This document shows, piece by piece, positions 39,720 to 53,845 of a stretch of DNA of 64,000 bases (positions are counted from its first letter, which is position 1; each line of letters opens with the position of its first letter). Origin of the DNA: Blasia pusilla. Lineage: Eukaryota. Under the pieces are notes generated by a model, which ran no database searches, was not told the DNA's origin, and saw only the letters and a program-made list of their open reading frames with translations. The DNA lies in assembly GCA_050084515.1 (NCBI GenBank), contig CM114271.1:28210001-28274000 (forward strand), in the 5' to 3' direction. A program made the position numbers and the translations under genes.

Positions 39720-40640
39720 TCTAGTATCCTCCATTGACTTCTAGTGCACATCCATGAGAGCATGCAATACACCATAGTTGGTGCGAAAGCAACTTTGATA
39801 ACTAGAAGGCATTTTCATGTGTAGTTGAACCCTGACTTTTATGGGTATTCAGTGCATACCCACGAGACAAGGGAACAAAAAATTTAGTACTTTTGGTTTG
39901 AACTATATCGAAGAATATAATAGTTTGATCTAGTGATGTCTATAGTGTGAGCTGAGGAACATATGCGGACAAAAATAATAGAAACTTCATCATTTAGCAG
40001 CATGCACTTTCAAGTTTATTTTGGGAGTAAGCATTACCTTGCAACCTACTGCAACAAAGGGTATCTCATGAAAATTAGGATCTTGCAACCAGTCTAGGAA
40101 ATCAAGAGATGCAGGTGCTTCTGATAAGATCTAAATGTTAATTATAAAAGCATTTCCAAATAGTCATCATAGGGTTTTGATTATTGAACGAGTGAACATC
40201 AAATCAGTGAAATATTATGCTGGTGTCATTTGTAATAAAATCTACTACATTGTCTTATGTAACAAAACAGTCTTTAAGGCAACCATGAATTTCTTGATTA
40301 GAAGGTAATATGGTTCTAATAGTAGTAAGAAACATTAGGTGTCGTAAATCATCTTAATGTCTCATAGGGGTAGTTAATTCATATGTTGTGGCATCTTGTA
40401 AGAACATAAATGATGACAAGTGGCAAATATGACAAATATCATGGAAATCTATGGGCACACATAAGGGGAAGCTGACACATATCACCAACAAGGATGAAAA
40501 TCTTGGAAGAAAATGGCTTATTCCCTTTGCATGGACTACATTCATTCAATCTCATGACTATAATCTGAAGAAGGCGTGGTGTTAACATTGAATATTCATC
40601 AATGATGATAACATTGGCTTTCTGAAGTTTCATCTAACTA
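39720..40640 (-). pseudogene. PIF1-family (Helitron-type) helicase remnant
   Basis: VIIIDEYSML (Walker B), ILVGDMCQLP (motif III) and FVPLSRGYALNTHKSQGST (motif V, about 39825-39880). Heavily disrupted. The upstream part is cut off by the LTR-like insertion at 40681. Confidence 0.75.
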
Positions 40641-40680
40641 TCTAATGTAACTTAAAGTTGAGAAATATCGCCAAGAACTA

Positions 40681-41647
<967 letters not shown>

Positions 41648-42619
41648 TTCATAACCAAAAAAAACCAAATAGGCGCCAAGCGGAACTCTAGTGGACTCAC
41701 GCTAAGATGATCACGACTTGGAGAGGCTTTTGGAAAAGTCCAAGAGACGAAACGCGGAACAGAGTTGTGCATTTCATGCGTTAGTGATTGTGACCAGGAA
41801 ACCTAGACCAAACGCGAATCAAGACTTAAGATGAGTTGAGTCTTGGAAGGTTGGTTGCCAAAGAGGTGAGAACCAATTTTGGAATACGAATAGCGTTTGG
41901 GGAATTTGATTGTATTTTGGACCATAACTTTTTAGCCCCAAGATACGGTAGGGACAAAAAAAGGACGCGTTGGACATCTTAGCTTGAGATGCTTCCAACG
42001 CACCAAAGATCTCAGCAAACGCATAAGTACAAGCAGAGATATTGGCCGAAAATGAGTGTGAGAGCAATCGGGTTGAGGGCCAATCTGAGGGGCCCGGCTG
42101 TCTTTCCCTAAAAGTACTAGTAAGGGGGAGTCTCTCCAAGATGTCTTGAAACACAAACCTCACTTTGAGCACCAAACGACGTCTCAAGGGCACGAGATGG
42201 AACTTGAGTTTCGCATTGGAACTCGAAACCCAAACCTGATCCAAGGGAGTGGATTTTGTAAGCCACACTTGGATTTCAACCCGTGATTCATTTTGTGTGA
42301 GTCTCGATTAGGGACTCATTGGATGTCCATTGGACAATTGGAACCGCCATGTGCAAAACACCGTTTGAGGTTCCCGAACAAACCATAAAGTCTCTCCCAA
42401 GTCTTTCGAGACTTGCCTATGTTATAAACCGCAAAACTAGGAAGATTGAGCTTGATGAGAAGCCAAGTTGAGGACTCGGCAAGTTAGAAACGTTGATTAA
42501 TCTAGAACCGACTAATATGAGTGCATATTTGGATAAGGATTGGTGTTGAGAGCGTGACCTATTGAACGCATGCTTCCGCAACAACAAAAATCAACGTTCA
42601 AGGAGAGTAGGCATACGAC

Positions 42620-42876
42620 ACTCTCTCTTAGAGGTAAACCCCCTTCCCTCTCCCAAAATATCTCCACGGTAACATATGCTCACACGTCACTTCCTTGGCT
42701 CTTTATGTGATATAGCGGGTCAAGGGCCACTTCCCGAATTGAAAAGTTAACCATACACAAAATGGAAACTTTAAAAAAATAGTAAGTGTCTCTACATGGC
42801 TCCAAATGAGCCGAAACGAAGGGGAGACCACCTCTCTCACATTATCCGTGGCCTGAGTAGGTCATCATCCACCTCT
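42620..42876 (-). repeat. Partial repeat B, inverted relative to 42878-43309
   Basis: Matches 51950-52205 and 61790-62045 in the same orientation. Confidence 0.8.
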
Positions 42877-42877
42877 T

Positions 42878-43171
42878 AATTTCCCATTTTTAGTATAGTT
42901 GTCTTTCTACTTTGGGAAATGGCCCTTGATCCGCTACATCAGGTCAAGAGCCAAGGAGGTGACCTACGAGCATAGGTTATCTTGGAGAGAGCTTAGGAGA
43001 GGGAAGGGGATATACCTCCAAGAGAGAGAGAGCTTGAGAGCTCATTCTCTCTTTATTGAACTTCTTGGGATGAGGTGCCGGAGTCACGGTCCTCCTTGCC
43101 TTGTGTGTGTAACCCAAGCCTCTCATTAGGAGAGTGGGTTTGGTTTGACATGAGAGTGGGTTTGGTTTGAC

Positions 43172-43232
<61 letters not shown>

Positions 43233-46200
43233 TGTGCACATTTGTGAGATCTTGTTGATGGAGAGATCTACTTGATTTATAAAGGGAGAATGAATATTTG
43301 AGGGCTACAATGGAGGAGCTCGCTGGCTTCTTGATGTGGTTGCAGGTTGGGGATTGTGTACTCCGTTCATCAGATCATGGGAGTGTTAATAGGAGCGAGA
43401 GTTTTTTTATTTTTGTGCTTTGTTTTACTGGTGTTTTGTACAAACAAGTGGCGCGTGGAAGCGCTACCAATTTTTGGTAGAGATCGAGTATGGGGGCAGG
43501 TTGCTCCATACCGATGCTCTCAAGAGCACCTTGTAGCTCTATGGTTTCTATTTTTAAAGGTTTCCAATTTTCTTTGGGAGAAATCAACATTGCAACGCTA
43601 CTCAATTTTGTTCGGAGTGAAGACTTTGGGCTGCCCAACAATCCTTGTGAATTTTTGCAGGAAGGTTTAATGGAGAAATTAAACCGATTTGACGCAGATG
43701 TAGATCAGGAAGGTATGCACATTTTCAAAGAAATGAAATGTGATTTTAGCATCTAAGCACAAATTTGTGATAAATTTTGCAAGGCTGCCATAGCCACCAC
43801 CTTGGGAAGAGTGAAATTTCAAAATTCTTTTGGTGAATCCTTATTGAGAGGTAGAAAAAGTGAAAACCATGTTTATTTAGAGGGTAATCAAGTGACTTGT
43901 GTTATTTAAGACGGAAAGAGAGTGAAAAATTATCTTTGGGTTGTTGCCCTATATTTGGGGGAGGGGCTAGTGGAAAATCCAAGTTGAGGCAACTTGGGAG
44001 GGTTGATCCGTAGCTGGCGGGGGGATGTTCTAGTAGAATTCCAGAAAGAAAATTTGAGAAGAGATTATTACACATTCGAGGGCCCATCGAGTTTAGGCCC
44101 GTGGAATAGTGTGTCATGCTATCGGGCCAAGTCAAGGAGGAAGGGTCCACCGTAGACTGCAGTCTTTCGCTGTCAGGGCCGGCCGTTGGTTCCCTACCGC
44201 TCTACGTCAAAGGTCCGTCTCCGTTTGAAGCATACCATTTTCTTCCATGTTTTCAGCTATGCCACCACAGCCCGACCCTGAACTTCCTGCAACTAGCCCC
44301 GCGGCTGCCCTATTTCCGTTCCAATTTGTTCTGACCTTGCCTTACAACCAGATATTCTCCGTCGGGTTTCTTTGTGCAGTCCGCCAAAGCCATCATAGGC
44401 TACCGCAACCTTAGCTCCCTTGTCTCCGACTGTTGCAACCCATGACTCCCCTATCTTTGGCCATCCCGGTAACTGCCTGCGTCCAACCGTCCAGAGTTCC
44501 GATGCGAGAGTCGCGACTTCGCCGCCCCGAGTGTTGACTCTTGGCTTTATGCCTCTCGGCACACAGCCAATGACTCTGGGCTCAATCGCGACCGAGCATA
44601 TCAGACCTACGTCAATTCGGTGGCCTCTGTCCATGACGTCAACGACCGGCCTATGTCATTCCTCCACCGTCAAAAATAGGATTATGGGTCAATTGTTGAG
44701 GAGCAACATCGACATTTGTTCATGTTACCTATTGTGATCTTTTTCCTTGCACTTGTGAGGGAATTCCGAGTATTTGGTAGTTATTTGGGGAAATTGGGTT
44801 TCTTGCAGATGCTAAGAGCGTAGTTGATGTATGGATTTAGGGGACATAGACGTATGTGGGATGTCTAGAGTTGAGGGGATGTTCTGTCGATGAGATAAAA
44901 GATCAGTCAATTTGTCATACCACGCCGCTTGTTGTCGCACGGTACACGTCTCAGTGAGAGGGAATGTAGATTGAGTGTCGCATGTTTGGGTTAAGTGATT
45001 GAGAGATTACTCGTGAGATGGGCACGAGGATCATCATGGCATCCTTTCGAGACTTTGAGAGGCGAGGTGGTGAACCTAAGAGTAGCTCTAGAGGATTTAA
45101 GCGGAGTGGGGTGAGGTTTCAAGGGTTGGTCTCTACCTGAGGGACCACCTCAACCTCCTTCTATGTCGTCCTTAGACGTGGGGGAGGGCGTAGAGGAGTT
45201 TCTTAGTGATTCATTGCACACAATGAGTGATCCTACCACTCACTGAGGGGTAGAAAACACGTAGATTTTCGGATTTTGTAGGCACGATAGAGTTGCACGA
45301 CTTTATTGCGGAGTTTAGGAGTTGGTGTGATTCACAACGGGCTAGGAACTCCAAAGATTTAACTCAATCCGTTCACAACATGGAACGGAATGTTCCATCA
45401 TTTAGAGGAGACTCCCATGGACGATTATCATGAGTTTTCTCAGAGATATGCCCATGAGATTGAGGCATGGAAACTCTACTATGACCTACACTATGTATTA
45501 TGAACGAAGCCATTTCTAGATGAAGGGGAGGAGCTAGAAGAGGCTACTTCCTCTTCCACCTGTCATGTGCTAGGAGGGGTTACGCGGACTGGAGCGGTCG
45601 CATCGTCCAATTGAGTTTGTCATAGGTTCAACCCCGTGGTTGAGTTCTTTGCGGAGTTGCAGTGGAACGACCAAGGGGTGAGGACGGAGAAGTTGTGGAG
45701 CATCCACGACTTCAATAGGCGCATGCATTGGTGAGAGTTTATGGGAGGCATTTACTTGCCAGCGTTGGCTGATTAGTGTCACTCAAGGAGTGATAGAGTC
45801 CCAAGATATCCAGACATGGTACGCGATGCTAGACCAAGACGTGCAAAAATTGGTGAGGGATGCGGTCCTGCTAATACACACCTTATCTATGTTAAGAAAT
45901 GGTTTTTGAGACCGCGGAGTGTGTTGAGCGCAATATGGATGAGGAGAGCGTAGCAATCATGGGTCACATCGGAGAGAAGTCACGATTTCCTGCACCACCA
46001 ATGCAACAATGTCAATTTGAGGAGAGGACTGTGGCACCACAAGCTCAAGGAGGATATTGGGATCTTGCGCCACCGAGACTTGCGCCATCATACGTGGCTC
46101 AGCGTTAGCCGCCAAGGATTATTTGTTGGGCATATGGTGGAGCTCATCACCAGCGGGATTGCACCCATCATAGTAGTGGATGTGTGACTTAGCCTGAAGG

Positions 46201-48250
46201 AGGAGATGGGTCCGCACCATGAGTTTATCAGTGTGACCATTGTCAATGGTATGGTCATACACATGCGCAGTGTTTAAGCCAATACCCTGAGTTACACCCC
46301 AATCGAGGGCTAGAGAGGGCACCTGAGCGAGTTGGCATTCTAGGTGGGTCTAGAGGTCATGCGCCAGATGGTCTCGTTGGGGGATGAGGAGTTGGATTTC
46401 CCCGAGTGGAGTTTCCCGTGGATGAGGTAGAGGTCTATCACCTAGACGCGTCGAGGGAGACGTCGGGTGTGAAGCTCAGATGGCTGCTCCGATACAGCAA
46501 ATTCCCCTAAGGCATTGAGGTTACCCGATGTCGGATAAGTGGCATTGATGTTTGATGGAGTAGCCAGAGACATGGAGGATCCTCTACAGCTCGAGGCATC
46601 CTTTGTTGCTACGCTTGGAGCAACTAAAGAGTTGGATCCACATAGAGGGAAGGCCATGAAACAAACTAGGATTCCTTAGTCTTTTACTTTGTTCGAGGTG
46701 ATGAGGACTTATTGATGGGTCCTGATCATAATTCCCGGAGAGCTCATGTTGTTGGTATGCAAGCACGGAGTGGGATAGGAGAAGTAAGTGCGACAACTCC
46801 TAGTGCTAGTGCTCAAATGGAGCCCATGTCGAGTATGCTATTGGGGATGGCCACTACAATGTACCGCGCCCCATTATTTTCTGCTTCCAATGTTATGATG
46901 TTGGGAGGTACGCCCGTTGAGGTTTTCCGGTTGGCTGTTGCGCTATATGCACGTGGAGTTGGTGTTCTTGTGTCATGATTAGAGTTGATCACAGATGAGG
47001 TGGTGGACCTGCCCTTGGAACTTGTGCTCGGGCCGTCCACCTCAGATTCATGGCATGCTGTGACTGCCAGGATGGCAAAGATGCCCTCTAGACCCGCGAT
47101 AGAGCTCGTCATGATGTTGCAAGGAGTTGATTTTCTGGATAATTGAGGAGAGGTATTCCATATGGTTAGTCTAGGAGATACACTTTTTTTCCCCCATCGC
47201 ATCTTGATGGATTTTGAAGTGCAACCCCTGATGTTGGGGAAAGTAGCATTTACAGGGTTGGGCCTAATGGGGACCGATGTGGAGCGTTGCCCATTCAGGA
47301 TACAAACATCCTTGGATGGAGTGAATAGGACGCAATTTTGTCAGCGGACAAGAGGTCGTGGTAAGGATTCTTCCAGGATATCCATCAAATAAACCCATGG
47401 TACTAGCCAAGGCGATAGTGATTGATGCTATTGGGTATGCAAAGGTCTTTAGTTCGATGGATCTTCGAGTCGGATATCCTTATTGGAGGACAGGCAAAAG
47501 ATGGCATTTAGGGCCATCGATCCTTACGAAAAGGATTGTTTGTACCAATGGCGGTTCTTACCATTTGGGATAAAAAATATCCTGGTAGAGTTTCAGAGGG
47601 TCATGGATAAGAACTTGGCAGGTTTGGATTTTGCTAGGTATTATATGAATGACATTGTAGTACCACGGTTGAGGACCATGGACACTAGGAGAAGGTGTTT
47701 AGAAAATTGCAGTTACATGGGCTGAAGTTACATCTAGGCAAGTGCAAGTTCTTCTATGACCAAATTGAGTACCTGAGTCATACAATATACCCAAGTGGCC
47801 TTGGTATGCATCAATCAAAGGTAGAGGCTATCTCAAGCATTCCATGCCCTATAGATGTGAGTCGAGTTTGTACATGCATGGGATTTGCAATCTTCTATTG
47901 ACATTAGGTCAAGGATTTCAGTTTGATTATGAAGCCACTAACCTTGCCGACCAAGGTGGATGATCAGTGGTACTTGGGGGATGAGTAGGAGAGAGCATTT
48001 CAGTTGCTCAAGGATAGGTTGACGTCCGTGCCCATAATGAGGAGATCGATCACGGGCGTCCTTTCCAGTTTCAGGCATATTTGAGCATGTTGGGGCTCCG
48101 TGCGATGCTCATCGAGAAAGACGGTGAGGGTAGAGAGTTTTTGGTGGCTTGCGCTAATTTCTCGAAGAATGTTGCAGGGGCCAAGTATAGCTCGTATAAG
48201 GGTGAGTGTTTGGTTATAGTGTGGATTCTTGCGCATTTTAGATGTTATTT
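42878..48250 (+). mobile_element. DNMT/PHD-family Gypsy copy: partial B (ends CTACA at 43309), leader, gag, protease, then a deletion into RT/RNase H
   Basis: Gag similar to 49030-50200, protease RILMDFEVQPLMLG, RT fragments LDFARYYMND and LHGLKLHLGKCKFF, RNase H YSSYKGECL. (GA)n at 43154-43226. Confidence 0.8.
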
Positions 48251-48469
48251 ATTCGGCTACTGCCGCCGCCTAGCATTGCTCAGAGCCGCGCTCAGCAGTT
48301 GTCCATCCTTTGGTTGCCATTTCCGCCATTACGGAGTGGAGTTTCTTCCACAACCATCGTTGTTTCTCTGACTTGCACCGCCACCACGTACTTTGGTTTG
48401 GCCGCCACCGTCATCGCTAGTGCCACACCGAACCGTTGAACTTGCACCGCACATCAAGGAGGTTTGAGT

Positions 48470-51400
48470 AGCGTCAGTACAAGAGGAGTACGACTTTCTG
48501 ATTGGAGGAGTTGTCTCCACAATCGGGTTGGGGTCGAGATTTCCAGTTGCCGAGGAGCGACATCGACATTGTTGTCAGGTTACCCATTCTAGTCTCTTAC
48601 CTTGCATGTGTGAGGGATTCTCGGGTATTGGGAAGTTAATTGGGATATTGGGTTTTGTGTTGATGCTAGGAGCATCGATGATGTATGGGTTTAGGGGACA
48701 TAGACATGTGTGGGATTTCCAAATTTGAGGATGGTTTTTCGATGAGACGATAGATCAATTGATTTTCCGCACCACGCTGCTTGTTGCCGCACAACACTCG
48801 TCTTAGTGAGAGAGTGTAGATTGAGTGCCATATGTTTAGTTTGAGTAATTGAGGGATTACTCACAAGATTGAGAGTGATCGTATGAAAAGGGAGGGCACA
48901 AGGGCCATCACGGCGTCCTTTTAGGATTTTGAGAAGCGAGGTAGTGGACCTAAGAGTAGCTCTTGAGGGTTTACCCGAAATGGTGCGCGGTTTCGAGGGT
49001 CTCCATGTGAGAGACCTCCTCAATCTCCTTCAATGTCATCTTCAGACAAGGGGGAGAGTATAGAGGATTGTGTTAGTGATCCACCATACACATTGAGTGG
49101 TCCTACCAGTTGGGCGTACGAGATGGACGATCGGGGTAGAGGACCGCGTAGGTTTGCGGGTGTTGTAGACACTATAGAGCTACACGACTTCATTGCGGAG
49201 TTTAGGAGTTGGTGTGACTCACAACGGGCTAGGAACTCTAGAGCGTTCAACCCGTTTACAACATGGAAAGGTATATTCCATTTAGAGGGGGTGCCCATGA
49301 ACGATTACCATGAGTTCTCCCACATATATGCCTAGGAGATTGAGGCATGGCGACTCTACTATGACCCACACTATGTGTCATGGACGGAGCCGTTCCTCAG
49401 TCAAGAGAGGCTACTTCCTCTTTTGCAAGTGATGTTTTAGGAGGGGTCACTTGCACAAGAGCTGTTGCATCGTCTAGACGGGTTTGTCTTAGGTTCAACC
49501 CCGTGGTTGAGTTCTTTGCTGAGTTGAGGGCGGGCTACCAAGGGGTACGGACGGAGAAGTTGCAGAGCATCCATGACTTCTAGAGGCACCCGGATGAGAG
49601 TTTGCGTTAGGCTTACACTCGCTTGCGCCGGTTGATCAACGTCACTCAGGGGGTGACAGGGGCTCAAGTTATCCAGTCATGGTATGCAATGTTGGATCGG
49701 ACCCTGTGGACACGGGTGTGGGAGGGACTGCTTCTTATGAACACCTTCCCTACATTGAGAGATGTTTTTAGGACTGCCGAGAACATTGAACGCAACATGG
49801 CAGAGGAGAGAGTAGCCACCATGGGTTGTGGGCGAGAGCATTCACGATTGTCTGCATCACCAGTGCAACAACGTGGACTCCGAGATAGGTCGATTGTGGC
49901 ACCACGAGCTTAGAGAGGATACCGGGAGGCCGTACCACAGAGACCTGCGCCTTCATATATGGCTTAGCAGCAACCACTTACGATTACTTGTTGGTCATGT
50001 GGTGGAGCCCATCATTAGCGTGATTGCACTTGTCAAGGTCATGAACGTGTGCCTCAGCATGGAGGAGGAGATGGTTCTGCCCCATGAGGTTATCAGTGTG
50101 ACTATTGTTAGAGGTATGGTCATACACACGCCAGGTGTTTCAGTTTACATCTTAAGTTACGTCCGGATCGAGGGCCAGAGAGGGCACCAAAGCGAGTAGC
50201 AAGTCCGGGTGGGCTTAGATATTGTGCCCTTGGTGGTCCTGTTGGGGGACGAGGAGCGGGAGTTGCCCGAAAGGATGGTGGAGCTGCCGGTGGAGGAGGT
50301 AAAGTCCCACCACCTAGACGCGTCGAGGGAGATGCCACACGTGAGGTTGGGATGGCTGCTCAAATACAATAGATATAGGAGCATTGCCACTATGGCCTTA
50401 AGGTTACCGGATGCCGCATCCGTGTCATCGACATCACATGGAGCAGAGATATGGAGGATCCTAGTTAGATGTGCGGGGTTGCCCAGATGGAGGCTGCCAT
50501 AGTTGTGATGCATAGAGTAGTTGTAGAGTTGGATCCATAGCAAGTAGAATCCAGGAAACATACCAGACTACCTTTGTCTTTCAAGTTGATCGATGCGATG
50601 AGAATCCCATTGATGGGTCTTGATCAGAGTTTCTGGAAGGTTGGTGATGTTGTTGGTGTGCAGGCATGGAGGGCAATGGGAGAAGCAAGTGCAATGAATC
50701 CTATTGCTGATGCTCAAGAGGGGCATGTGTCGAGCACGTTGTTGGGGGCGGCCACCGTTGTGTATCGCGCTTATTCACTTTCTGCTTCCGATGTTATGAA
50801 GTTGGGAGGTACGCCCGCCAAGGTTTTCCGGCCGGCCGCTATGCTGTGTGAGCATGGAGTTGGAGTTCTTGCATCACGTTCAGAGGTGATTGCAGAGGAG
50901 ACGATGGACTTGCCCTTGGAGCTAATGCTCGGGCCGTCCACGTCAGATTCATGGCAGGTTGCGGCTGCTAGAATGCCGGAGATGTCCGCTAGGCCTGCGA
51001 TAGAGCATGCCATGGCTTCTCCTGGTGTTTTTTTTTTCTAGATAACCAGGGAGAGGTCTTCCAGTTGAAGAGTCCAGGAGGTAGAGCTTTTAGTCCGCAA
51101 CGCATCTTGTTGGATTCAGGAGCGCAAACCCTGATATTGGGGAAAGCGTCATTTAGAGGATTTGGCTTGACGAGAGCCGATGTGGAGCGTTGTCCATTCC
51201 GGATGCAGACATCCTTGGGTGGAGTGAGTACCACATAGTATATCACCCGACAAGAGGTCGTGGTGAGGATTCGCCCGAGACATTGTACAGATGAGTCCGT
51301 GGTGCGAGCGAAGGCGATAGTGACTAATGCAGAGTCCTACGACGTCTTGGTTGGTGGAGCAGTGTTATACCCAATGGGATTTTCCCTGGATTACTTGGAG

Positions 51401-51630
51401 GAGTCAGCGTCCTACAGACCAGGATGGCAGTCAAGTGATGGGTGCCTTAGCTATTTACACGTTTGGTTCACAGGTGGAGTGATCGAGCGACGGCCAGGAG
51501 AGATGGCGACCTTAGGAGCATTTAGCTGTGCCATCACTTGGCCTAGTGATTTGATTGAGGGACATGTTCATGTAGAGGATATTCCCGTTCCTGATATTTC
51601 TATGGAGAGGAGTGTCATGGTAGCCGCATC
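48470..51630 (+). mobile_element. Second tandem family copy: leader, gag with two zinc knuckles, aspartic protease; truncated at 51630
   Basis: Gag ELHDFIAEFRSWCD, knuckles CWSCGGAHH*RDC and CDYC*RYGHTHARC (about 49988-50137), protease RILLDSGAQTLILG (about 51100) and YDVLVG. Confidence 0.85.
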
Positions 51631-52596
51631 TGTCGTGCGTATACACATTGCTACACAACATACATCGTTGTCATCGAACACACACAATCCCAAGCTAACT
51701 CATGGCATCCATACACATAGGCGAGAAGTACTAAAATATCTCCAATCTCTCATTCTCTCTTTGTAAAGTAAGATCCAATCTCTCTCTACACCATCTCACA
51801 CCATTGCTCTCAAAGGTGTGCACTCTCCCTCATGTCAAACCAAACCCACTCTCCTCATGAGAGGCTTGGGTTACACTCACAAGGCAAGGGACCATAGTTC
51901 CGCCGTCTCATGCCAAGATGTTCAACAAAGACATAATGAGCTCTTAAGCTCCCTCTCTTGGAGGTATACCCCCTTCCCTCTCCCAAGCCCTCTCAACGGT
52001 AACCTATGCTTGCAGGTCACCTCCTTGGCTCTTGACATGCTGTAGCGGGTCAAAGGCTACTTCCCAAAGTGGAAAGTCAACTATCCCCAATATGGAAACT
52101 TAACCGAAATAGTGAGTTTCTCTATATGGCTCCAAATGAGCCGAAACGAAGGGAAACCCTGCTCTCTCTGGTTTCCCGGGGCCTCAGCAGGTCATCCTCG
52201 ACCTCCTGGGCCTGTCCTCCACTACTAGTGAAAACGCTATACTAGATCCCACCGATCTATCCTAACATTCGTGATAACTATCGTGCGCATACACATTGCT
52301 ACACAACATACATCGTTGTCATTGAACACACACAAACACACACGATCCCATGCTAACTCATGGCATCCATACATAGAGGCGAGAAGTACCAAAATATCTC
52401 CAATCGCCCCCCTAGTTGGTGGTTAGGTCCCTCTAACTCCAGATAGCCATATTTCCCTACCTACCATGACATACATCTCTAGGACGCTAAGAGCATAAAG
52501 GTCGGGTGCTCATGTGGCCCCATCCTTAGTCGCCTTCCTGTCATCCATGTCATAGAAAAATTTGGAATCGAAACCTACCTAGTATCTCCTCTATGT

Positions 52597-53845
52597 TCAT
52601 CTAGGACACATCCATCGTCCCCGAGGAACCCTAGTGAGAGATGGCGCCAGACATGCCATATGCCAATCTCTCGAACATCCATCACAGACTAGCATCGTGG
52701 CAGAACCACACAACATACAACGCAAGCCTGCAAGAACTACTGCTAAGCTCGGATCTATTGTACCATAAATGTTAGGAAGGTGACATGGCGCACAATTACG
52801 CACATGGTCCTTCCATACCATACCATCGCGTCCCTCTAGCAAGAGAACATCGGATGGCAAAACGTCATGCACTCTCAGGATAGTGCGCCCTGCAGTCACA
52901 TCCAATGTCGTCACTATCGTCTGCTGCAAGTAGACATAATCTCCCTGATGAAACCTCCACATAGCTGGTCGATAACCAGCACCGCGAATAGTCGCATACC
53001 TCAACGTATCCTGATGCTGCGCAATCGCCAAGTTCTCGAACGCCATGGGCATCACTCTCCGAAATAACTCAACCCTTTGACAACATGCTCGCATCCATAC
53101 ATCTGGGTTATCAAGGTCCAGCACCTCACCAGCATCTCGACGAATGGCCGTAGGTAAATCTAGCTCTCGGCCATAAAGTAGCAAGTACGGTGAAAAAGAC
53201 GCTAAGGATGCCTGCCTATTGAATCTGTATCCCATCGCCAACCATGGCAACTGGAGGTCCCAATCTCCTAGGTGCATCTCTGCAAGCCATACTTGCTTAA
53301 ACCCCTCTTCACTGTCTACACAACTCTCTCCGCTAATCCATCCGCCTCGAGATGATCTTGCGAAGTCGTGCGATGGCCGATCAGCGCCTGATCACACAAG
53401 GTCAGGAACTCACCGCAAAACTCGGTACCTTGGTCTGTCAACACCTCAGCCGGTGCACCATAATGACTCAGCACTCTGTTAAGGAAGGCATAAGCTACTC
53501 CCTCACTCGCTTTTTCAGGAAATGCAACCAACTTGATCCACTTTGAGAAGTGCTCGACCATCACCAACACATAACGACTGTGTTTTGCAAAATCCAAACT
53601 CCATCTATACCCTAAGCCTATGATCGGTAATGGATGCAAGTGTGGAGTCCAAGCATTGAACGTTGCTCGGACCCGATCACACACCATGCACCTGGCAACA
53701 AATTGTTGAACGTCAGTCTGCATGCCTCGCCACCAATACTGAGTCTGGAGCAAGCTGTACGTCCGCTTCACCCCAAAGTGACCCAACTCCTCGTGAGCAT
53801 GCTGCACTAGTCGTGCTCTTTGCAAAGGATGCGGCACTACGCTGC
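52597..53845 (-). pseudogene. Gypsy integrase with C-terminal PHD finger
   Basis: HHCC (HEELGH...CMVC) and D-D-E core (WSLDFA, LTDQGTEF, DGLAER). PHD CMLC...CDGCSRDWHMACLAPSLTRVPRGRWMCPR at 52600-52719. Disrupted between the two ORFs near 53280-53316. Confidence 0.9.
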
